A DNA stretch of 64,000 nucleotides. Source: Vicugna vicugna (taxonomy: Eukaryota). Below are positions 53,755 through 64,000 of the stretch, piece by piece. Positions within the stretch are counted from its first letter, which is position 1. Each line of letters opens with the position of its first letter. The notes beneath the pieces are model-generated. The model saw only the letters and a program-made list of their open reading frames with translations, did not search any database and was not told the origin of the DNA. The position numbers and the translations under genes were made by a program. The stretch is taken from contig MU061579.1 in assembly GCA_013265495.1 (NCBI GenBank), forward strand, positions 3,469,319 to 3,533,318, given 5' to 3'.

Positions 53755-53930
53755 GAGTCAAACTGGCTTGGGTTTCATTTGTGGCTCTACCACTCACTAT
53801 TTTTATGCCCTAATCTGTACAATAATGTCAATGGTAAGCATATCTCTCATCAAGTTATTATGAATATGCAATGAGTTAATAACAGTTAATTGCTTAAAAA
53901 AACAGGCCCAATATGAATTCTGTATAATTG
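53755..53930 (+). mobile_element. MIR SINE
   Basis: 'tagagtcaaactggcttgggtttcatttgtggctctaccactcacta'. Confidence 0.55.
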
Positions 53931-54679
53931 TTAAAGTCGTTTCTTTCACAGTGCTAAAAATTGGAATGGAAAATTGCAATGACATCAAACGTGATCATTT
54001 CCTTTGCCTTTGATGGGGAAAAAATAACAAGGTAATAAACACGCAAATACAGAGGACGATGTACAGTTAATAAGAGAATTAGAGTACGATAACAAAGAAC
54101 AAATGAAATTATCCTCTTGTAGTCCACATGGTCCTGCAACGTTCTGATTTTTTTTCACACTACAGTACCTTGGATTAGAGATCAAGTCTACTTCAATTTG
54201 CTCTTACTCCCAAGAACCCACTGAACAAATACATGAGTGGGCAAAGATGACTCTTGTAATATAAGCATCTGTTGACATATAAGTAACTAAAAAAAAAAAA
54301 AAAAAACTTCATATCTATTCTCCAAATTCTGTTCGGTTCTCATACCATTTCAGTTTTCTCAACTGACCAACTCAACACCATACACTGTCCCCAGCCTCCT
54401 TCCCTCTTTTCTTTTTCTTTCTTTCATTCTACTCCTTCATGTTTGAAATACAATTCCCACACTTGTTCTTCAGGTGAAACTGTTTCATTAAATAAAACAA
54501 TACAAAAATAAATTAAATAGAAATCCTGGTGAATATAATTTTCTCAATCTTTTTACACCTAAGAATTAAATTAAGAACAATCATGTATTATCTCAAATTC
54601 AAATATTAAAAAAACACTATGCAGAGCTTAAGAAGTTTTTTTAAGGTATTATCGTGATGTACAAGTGGATGCTCTGTAT

Positions 54680-56020
54680 ATGTACAGGCAAAAGAATCAA
54701 ATTGGACCCCTATCTTACGCCACTCACAAAATTAACTTGAGCTAAATTAAAGACTTAAATGCGACCTGAAACCATAACATTTCTAGAAGAAAACATAGTG
54801 AAAAAGCTCTTGGACATTGGTCTTGGCAATGGTTTTTTGGATATGACACCAAAAGCACAAACAGTAAAAGCAAAAATTTTTAAAAAGTACGACTATATCA
54901 AACTATAAAAGCTTCTCTACAACAAAAGAAACAATCAACAGAATGAATAGGCAACCTGCAGAATGGGAGGAAATATTTGTAAACCATGTATCTGATAAAG
55001 GAATAAGATCAAAAATGTCTAAAAACTCATAAAGCTCAGTAATAAAAAAATCCAATTAAAAATGGTCAGAGGGACTGAATCAACACTTTTTCAAAGAACA
55101 CATACAAATGGCCCACAAATACATGAAAAGATACTCAACATCATTAATTATCAGGGATATGCAAATCGTAAAACCACAATGAGATATCATCTCACACCTG
55201 TCAGAATGGCTAGCATCAAAAAGACAAGTAACAAGTGTTAGTGAGGAGGAAAGGGAACCCTTGTGCACTGTTGGTGGGAATGTAAACTGAAATCACTATG
55301 GAAAACAGTATGGAGCTCCCTCAAAAAATTAAAATTAGAGCTACCATATAATCCAGAAATCCTATGTCTGAGTATATATCTGAAGGAAATAAAATCACTA
55401 TTTTAAAGTTATCTGCACCCCCATGTTTACTGCAGCTTTATTTACAATAGCCAGGGTATGAAAATAACCTAAGGGTCCATCAACAAATAAATGGATATAA
55501 TGTAGTAGATACATACAATGGAACATCATTCAGCCTGAAAAATAAGGAAATCCTGCCATTTGGAGTAACGATGCCTTGAGGGCATTATGCTAAGTGAAAG
55601 TCAGTCAGAGAAAGGCAAATACTGTATAATTTCATTTACATGTGGAATTAAAAAAAAGACATATAGAAACAGAGAATAGAATGTTGGTTGCCAGTGGCTG
55701 GTGACTGAGGGAAATAGACGTAGGTCAAATGATACAATCTTCCAATTATAAAATGAATAAATCCTGGGTATCTAATATTCTGTGTTATGGCTATGGTTAA
55801 TAATACTGTATTATATGCTTGAAAATTGCTATGAGAACAGGTCTTTAATGTTCTCACCACATATACACATAAATTTTAATTATGTGAGGTGATGGATGTG
55901 CTACCTAACCTTACCATGTTCATCATTTTACAATAAATAAGTATATCAAATCATCAACTTGTACACCTTAAACTTACATAATGTCATGGTCAATTATATC
56001 TCAATAAAGTTGGGGAAAAA
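54680..56020 (+). mobile_element. 5'-truncated L1 (ORF2 C-terminus, 3'UTR, poly(A) signal)
   Basis: 'caaaagaatcaaattggacccctatct', 'cacaatgagatatcatctcacacctgtcagaatggc', ending 'tcaataaagttggggaaaaa'. Confidence 0.92.
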
Positions 56021-56610
56021 GCAGATACCATGCAAGATGAACAACTGTTTAAACATGGGAATAGAAATACTATGATTATAAAATTACTCTAGAAGCCTCT
56101 AATATATTTTACTCTATAGTCTTAAGTTTCAAGCCAACATAATGTGTCCAAATTTCCTTGCACTATCTTTTTCAGCTCTTTGTATTTTTAACTTCTCTCT
56201 TATTGCCCTTATGTATAAAAATTGCCAACCACATACCAATTCAAGGTAACTTAGGAAGGTAAAATCACAAAGGAGGAATAACATCTTAAAAGGAGAGAGA
56301 TTAAAGGGAAGATAAAGGCAGTCTCTCAAAGACTGCTAATAGTAAAGTTTAAACGACCTTTGAGTTCCTGGGAAGCATTATTTTGAGAGAAATTTTGGTA
56401 AGAATAATTTGAAAGAATTTTATTATGTTATTTTAGACTATTTTTCTCCCTGGAAGGGGAAAATCAAAGTAAAATACTACACTTTCAGATCATTTTGCTC
56501 ACTCTCGATGAAGAGAAATCACTTACCTCATATTGGGTAGACTATTTCTACATTTATAAAAGCCCAAGACAAAATTCCTGAAGATATTTTGTTTAAGAAA
56601 ATGCACATGA

Positions 56611-56730
56611 GAAAAAAATGTGACAATGAGTGTGTATATGTCCATGAATGACTGAAAAATTGTGCTGAACACTGGAATTTGACACAACATTGTAAAATGA
56701 TTGTAAATCAATAAAAAATGTTTTAAAAAA
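56611..56730 (+). mobile_element. Young 120-bp L1 3'-terminal insertion
   Basis: Perfect 16-bp TSD aagaaaatgcacatga at 56595-56610 and 56731-56746; AATAAA and short A tail; ttt|aa endonuclease-like site. Confidence 0.9.
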
Positions 56731-59700
56731 AAGAAAATGCACATGATATTTTTGATGTTTTAAAATAATGTTCATATTTGGAACTTACATTCCTATAATG
56801 GCTCTAAATGACAACTGTATCTTGTACTGTAATTGTCTCATGGTTTGGCTATTTGTGTGTTTGCTATTTATTCATTTCAAATAGTTGTACTGAATTAATT
56901 ATATCAACAGAATTAAAGTTGTCAGAATTGCAGTCTAGTTAAATGAAATAAACTAACATAGACCTTGGCCAAATTTCCCCTGGTTGGAGTTGCCAGGTCT
57001 TTTAAGAATTGGAAATAATTTATCTCAGGAGACTAACAGCATAGGAGAAGGAAACTTAACAGGTGATATAATGAAAAAATAAGAGAATAAGGCACAAAAA
57101 TAATGAAAAATAAATATAATAACAAAATCATTAGAGAAGGATAAGTAACTTAAGAAACATTTTCCTTCTAAGAAGGAAATTTTCACTCTAAAACTCCATT
57201 ACATTATCATTAGGAGACTGAGTCACTAGTCACTAGGATTAAAGTTCTACTTCTCCAAAACATGGCTGTGAACCAAAGGTCAAAGTGAAGACAGGTAAAT
57301 TAGTAGTACCACACTAGACTGAATTAATACATGGCTGGCCCATGTGTTTCTGCTTCCATGGCTTAAGCTCAGACTACGGACTGCATCACTTGGAGGGCAG
57401 GAACAAGTTAGTGAGGCAGAATGAGTGATGAATACATAGACAGAAATGTGTTGATCTAGAAACGTGCCCAAGTAGAGGAAACCAGGCCTAAAGAAACTGT
57501 AGAGGAAACCAGTTCAATGCCTAGAGAACAGACATCAGTGATGTAGCACCTATTGATATTCTTAGGTTTGAAAACAGCACCAGTACCCATGTTGAACTAT
57601 TAATATAAAATAGCAGTGGGAGTATTCACTTTGATGGGTTAAAAAAATGAAAATGTAATAGGTCTACCAAACACCTGCTCATTAAGGAAGTTTGATCAGA
57701 AGTGTCATTTTCTCATCAAAAGGACATGGGTTTACAAAACCTGGTAGTACTAATTGTTCTGCAGAGCATAATACACCTTAAGCTACTATCAAGCATTTTC
57801 AGGACTTGAATGTCACTGAATATGCACTGTCCTCAGTACCTACCTGCCACTTTTCCTGTGGTGGTTATTGATTTATGAGGTTCACCAAGCAGCTCCTGGT
57901 TGATTCTTTTGCACCCAACAGTGTGTGCGTTTTCTTTAACAGTTTTCCCAATTGTACTTTGAAAAACTATTAGATGCTCATTTCTACCCACAAAGCAGGT
58001 CAGTCCAGTATAAAATAACTGATAGCAAATGAACATACAAAGAACCTCAAAGCTGTTGAACAGAAGTCTTTTGAAAATCATAATTTATTTAACATGTGAA
58101 AGGCATTTACTGAGGGTCAACCATCAGTCAGAAATGGAGTATGGATATGAATACAAGCAGGACAGTCTCTTCCTTCAAGAATGTTATCACGGAGAAATTG
58201 ATGGAAACAGGCAAATGTGGCTTATAAAAATGTGGAACAATTAATCTAAGAGCATTTATTTTGACTGAGCAGATAAAGGAACGGGACATTTTACAGATCA
58301 AGGTGCAGCCCTGTTGGTACTTCTTCAGTCAAAATATACACGCTCCAGCGTGTTCCACTTGTGGGGTTTTTGGTTTGTTTTTTGTTTTAGTATCAGTTTT
58401 GATATTTGTACAATATTTTTCAGTTTTCAATCCTTTGGACACATAGTCTCATCATTATTTCATAAATGTGTTTTTAATCAGTATAAATGTGTAGATAACA
58501 GGGACGAAATGCGTGCTGATAGCCATAAAGTGAAAATTTTACATATAAAACAGACATTCTAATGTTAAAATAGTTTAGAGTTTATTCTAGATGGTTTTGG
58601 CAATATTACAGAACTCACACTGCTTTAGAAAGTGAGGAACTAGCAATCACAAAGATTTCCGAGAAGGACTAGCTTTTAGAGGAGAATTGTCAGCCATTGC
58701 TTCGTTGATTTCAGTTTGATTTCCTTTCAAAGTGAGAAATTATAATGAATCACCACCAATCAGCAAACCTGATTATAGATGTCAGCTACATAGTCTTAAA
58801 AAAGCACCTGCTTCCTGGGCAAGTATTAGGCAGCTGTGGGCAAGACTGGAACTAAGTAGTCTTGTGCCAGCAACAAAGATTAAAAAAAGGCCCATCTCTA
58901 AAACCTCTCCATCTGTAACGTATTTCTTAAATGGAACCTTAATTATGCCACACACAATTGAAATCTAGGATTTAGAACGTATTTTATATAGATTTAGGTT
59001 ATTTTATATATATATACTATATAATCAGTTATCAGGTTTTTGTTGACAGAGCTCTCATTTTAATGCAAAAGTGCAAGTTAAATATGAATGCATGTGTCCA
59101 TGTATGTTTTGGATAACCTTCAAATTTTACTTTCTGATGTAGTGTTATCTTCATTTCAAATTACTAATTTATAACTTTTTGCAAGGCTTAAAATTACTAA
59201 AGTTTTCAATTCAGCCCAGATGTTGTCTCTGCCCTTCTATAATTTAATTGGTTCTCCTTTATTTGGCAGAGTCCTGTGCCAAACCACCTGAGATACAACT
59301 GGGGTGTTGGGGTTCAAATTGTCATTGTTAATCGTCTTTGGCTTGAGCATAAACGTCTTATGAAATCTGTCTAGGTCGCAAGTTTGAGCAAGTTTTGACT
59401 TGCTCAAAATAACAGAAATTGGCCAAAACATGTATCACCAGAGAGAGATCATTTTAGTTATATTTCTCTGGATGCAATGTAACAGACAGAAATTTAGGTA
59501 AGATAATCTCTAGGTTAATACCTTTAATTAATGCTGTTACAGTAAAGGTTGGATTGCTCTGGATGGGTAATTTGACACCCTTTAAAAATCTCTCAGTTCT
59601 AATATTTTGATTATAAATGTGACAGCTGGGATGTAATACAAACCTCTTTTGAAAATTTTAATTTGCTTAACAAATGCTTTTGGTATTGAAGATAAGGTAA

Positions 59701-61274
59701 TTTAATTCTCTCTCTTTTTTGTTTTCTTTTTTGCAAAACACATGCTGTCTTAACTCAAGGATGGTATTATTGATAAGATTTAGCATCGATGAGTGAGCAT
59801 GACCACAAAGATCAACATAGGACCAACAGATCTTTTTGTGTTGTAAACATATAATGATTTTACACATTATGTGTAAAACAATTAAAATTAAAACAAAGCA
59901 ATATGTTTCAGTGAGGTTGCATCAACCATATGTATAGTGCAAATAAAGCACTGTGTTTTGTGTCATCAGCAAGACTTTTATATTAAAATCTACTACCAAA
60001 CTATTTCAAAGTTTAGAAACATGATTCTTTTTTTTTGCCATCTGAATAACCCTCTTTTATTTTATCTCAGGTCTCAATAATACACTCTGACATGAAGAAA
60101 GAACCAAAAGTCACAACGTTTACATATACTATCCATCTTAACTCCATGTTTCAATGAAAAATGATGAATGAAGATGAAGAGGTTTAAGATAAATAGGAGT
60201 TAATAGCAACAGCAGAGAAATAAGAAGTGAAATGTGGAAATACTAAACTGACCAAATAATGAAAACAAGGGGTGGATATTGGTAATCTCCGACAACTATC
60301 ATATTGACTTTGTCAATTAAAATTATCATTTTATTATGATCTTCATTCACTTCAAGATTTTTCTTAGAAAAACTAAAAAAGACTACCTACTTTTGGAAAT
60401 CATGGCTATATGACCTTCAGTGATTTTAATGAAATCTAAGAGTCATCAAATAAAAATTAAATAGTATGGTTATACCTGAAATGTAAATAAAATATTTATA
60501 AATAATATAGCTTGAAATATCATTGTAAACATCTTAATCTCCAAACAGAATAATTTGAAATGTCCCCTTTTATAGCTATAGAGTGCTATATTTAGTACCT
60601 ATAAAATACACTTTCCTTTGTAGATGTAATATGTAGTAAATATCTTGTAGTGATATAATTTAAAAAGCATATTTTCCATGACCTGTTGTGGTAGTACTCC
60701 CACATCATTCCAAAAGTGTTTATGGACCTTTTTCCTATAAAACAATTATTTCCTCTAGGATAGAAATATGTTTATTTCCAACTTTTCACATTAAGTGATT
60801 GAGTTTTATCTGACACTTTGAAATGAGTTTAGATGCTAGCTCAATTAGGATAAGCAAAGAAATAATATCCTAGAACTGTGTATAACCTAGTTATAAAAGA
60901 CAAAGATAAAATAAGTTATAATGCCGACTAGAACAATACACTCGGTGGTGGTGATGGCCCCTCTGCCTTTACACTAACTCAAACTTGCAGGATTCATCTA
61001 ATTAAATATATTTAAAAGTATATGCTTCAACTATATCAATGCTGTTATATTGTTAAATAAATGTTTTCATGTGCTTCTTTTAGTGTTTACCATATAACTT
61101 CTGTCTTATAAAAAATTTGCTAGTAGTGCTGTTAAAATGTTAAATGATAACGGCAACAAAAGAAATTCTTGCCTGTTACCTTATACAGGGTATACCAAGT
61201 GTACTTTTTACTCAGGCTGGAAGAGCATACTAACTCTCGATATACAAGCGTCTCTTAAAGTATCATGTACATTT

Positions 61275-61810
61275 TATACTTATGGGAGTAACTAGACTTA
61301 CTGTAGTAATCACTTTGTAATGTGTAGAAATATCGAATAACTATGTTATACGCCAGGAACTAACATAATGTTGTATGTAGGTCAACATTGTAGTCAACTT
61401 CAAAAAATTAAATAAATAACCAAACAATCGCATAAGAAGAAATCAGATTTCAGTCACCAGAGGTGAGGGGGTTGGGGGAGGGGGAACTGGATGAAGGTGG
61501 TCAAAAGGTACAAATTTCCAGTTATAAGATAAATGAGTGCTAGGGATATGATGTACAACATGGTTAATACAATTAATACTGCTGCATGTTATATATGGAA
61601 GTTGTTAAAAGAGTAAATCCTAAGAGTGCTCATCACAAGGAAAAAGATATTTTTTTCTTTTTCTTTTGTTTTGTATCTCTATAAGATGATGGATTTTTTC
61701 AAACTTGTGGTAATCATTTCATTATGTATGTAAGTCAAATCATTATGCTGTAGACCTTAAACTTATACAGCACTGTATGTCAATTTTATCTCAAAAAAAT
61801 TGGAAATCAA
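61275..61810 (+). mobile_element. L1 3' end with a doubled 3'UTR terminus
   Basis: First terminus '...gtcaacttcaaaaaa' at ~61400, second '...tgtcaattttatctcaaaaaaa' at ~61800; same layout as 17615-18515. Confidence 0.85.
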
Positions 61811-61999
61811 ATCAAATCAAATCCAAATAAATAACTACATGAATAATATAAATAAAATTCATAGAAGTTTAGATTAAAGAATTGCCCCAGTTATTCTGAA
61901 TATACTAACTAGATGTATTGTTCAGACAACTTCAAGTTAAAAAACTAAAATAGCTTTTAATACAAAATTTGTTTTAACACTGGTCTTTCAGCCACTGAG

Positions 62000-63900
62000 A
62001 TCACTCCATGGGTAAATAAATGTAGTAATGTTTTTGTGTTACGTTTCCAGATACACACACATCTCCCTTCTTCACTCTTTTAAGAAAATGTTACCATTGT
62101 GTACACATTGTTTCTCATATTGAAATTTTTCCTTTAACAAAAATATTGTCTTTCAATTCCTTTACATGAATAAGTTTTGTTCCATTGCATTATTTTTTAT
62201 TTTGTTAAATCTGCCAACCGTCAAGGATCATTTAGGTTTGTTTTATCCCTGGTCATTTATTATTACAATCAATTTTATACAATGTAACCTGGCATAAATA
62301 TACCTAATCAAGTATTTCTGACTTGAAAAGTGAAATTTCTGAATTAAAAAGGCAAAGCATAAATGTAATTCTAATTTTGGTAGATATTAACAAATTGACT
62401 TTCATGAAGTTGTACCAATCCACATAGGCAAAAAATGGCATTTTGTTTTCATATTAGTATTTTCATAACAGTAATTCCTTTCTCATTTTTAATAACAACT
62501 GGATAGTAGCTTTTGTACAATGTTAAATGACAATAACAACATGAGTATTCTCATCACTTTGCTTATTTAATGGGAATGTCTCTATTTTCCCCAAACGGAG
62601 CCAGTACTGGTTTTGAAAATGATTTTTTTTTATTTTTTGGTTAGAAAATACCCCATATATACATATGTAGTTCTTGAAAATGATGTTTTAATAAATGCAC
62701 TTTCAGCTTTTCTGAAACTGGAAATATTATTTTTTTCTTAAATTAACAAGGTAAATTACCGTGATAGATTTCCTAATATTGCACTATCCTTGCATTCCTG
62801 GATTAAATAAAACTATCCCTTTTCCCCAAAACAAGATGAAGACACAAAAATATTAAAAATAAAACTTCTTTCTTCTAGGATAATGAGGTTGTCTGGCTTT
62901 ATTGTGTGCAGAATATATTTCAGTAAAATACATTTTGCTATGGTTTTAGAATTATAAAATTGATGCTACATTACATGTTTCATAGGTGTAAATAACACTA
63001 AAATTACAAACAGGCATTTTAAAGTTATCTTCTGCATTACTTGATGATTTTAGTTTACTTTTTTCAGTTTTTTTATTATTATAATTACCCAGTTTCATTA
63101 TTTTCATTTTATATCTTCAAGTATAATTTTATTTTTAATCTTATTTTCAAACAATAATATTCACTTTGTTTACCTGTGTCTTAAATAGATCATAGTCACA
63201 TATTGTTCTTTTAATTCAAGTGAATTATTGTAGCAAATATTTTTTGCCCACTGTATTTATTGCTATAAAAAATGACTACTAATTCTATCATACTATATTT
63301 ATTTTACTTTCTGTGTGTATTTTAAAATACCTTTATTATTTCTGCATTTTTGCTTTGAGTGTGGTAGGTTTTTATGTTAGTACATTTTGCTCTAGTAATT
63401 AACTATGTAACCTTATATTTGATACCTCAAATCTTCTACTTAAAGTTTTATTTCCTAATGTAGATGTTTATGTTCCTTCTTCCACCACATCCTTGTTTTC
63501 TCCACTAATTATTTTGCATCAGTTATAATTTCTGTGTTTATATTTTTAAAACAGTATTTTAGATAATTTATTTGCTTGATCAAGGATAATATCCCTCACC
63601 CAATGAGAAGATCAGACAATTTAATTATCTCCCATTTCTTTCCCAATTTCCATTGTAAAAATTAACATATTTTCTTCTAACCAAACATGATTTCCAGAAA
63701 GGGAAAGCAGATATAATTTTTAAAACATCTTCAAAGAAAAATTTTTCAAATGTTTCTTATTACACTGTTGATAAGGAAATCAATTCTGCTAGTAATAAAG
63801 TAATTTTTACATTGTAATTATTTTCACCTGTCAGAGTTTTTGAAGAATATGAAAATTATTGCCAACTTTAATTTTATTTCAAAAAAGTTATTAGAGATTT
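62000..63900 (-). mobile_element. Highly decayed antisense L1 (L1ME-like) pieces
   Basis: 'gatagatttcctaatattgcactatccttgcattcctgga', 'agttgtaccaatc'; T-rich skew. Confidence 0.5.
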
Positions 63901-63947
63901 AAAAAATTTCAAATTCTGCAATTGTTAACATCATAATGGAAAGATAC

Positions 63948-64000
63948 CATATTTGATTTCTACTGCTGCTGTGACAAATTACTATAAATTTAGGAGCTTT
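63948..64000 (-). mobile_element. Edge of a MaLR LTR (MLT1), cut by the window end
   Basis: 'tttctactgctgctgtgacaaattactataaatttag'. Confidence 0.6.

Noticed and set aside
57833..58081. 82-aa minus-strand ORF ending near a donor-like site
   Set aside because: No recognisable protein similarity, weak acceptor, no partner exons
60050..60190. Possible + strand exon after tttatctcag
   Set aside because: The longest frame stops before the weak donor-like site; no recognisable product

Overview
AT-rich, CpG-poor mammalian DNA that looks intergenic or deep-intronic. I recognised no protein-coding exon, RNA gene or CpG-island promoter. The ORF track is explained by decayed L1 ORF2, ERV gag and LTR fragments, and chance ORFs. 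The window is a layered record of transposons. (1) A deleted class I ERV provirus at 7612-10726 (-) with two LTRs, an ATGT target-site duplication (TSD), a tRNA-Ser primer-binding site (PBS) and gag relics. (2) A class III (ERVL/HERV-S-like) LTR-gag-pro-RT-RNaseH relic at about 45255-48580 (-). (3) A 4.6-kb L1 with a nearly full decayed ORF2 and a nested Tigger2-type MITE. (4) Many older L1, MaLR, hAT, MIR and L2 pieces. (5) A very young 120-bp L1 3'-end insertion with a perfect 16-bp TSD. The repeat content suggests a cetartiodactyl, probably a camelid (inference). I found no convincing new biological system. Family names come from recalled consensus sequences, not from a database search, and most boundaries are approximate.
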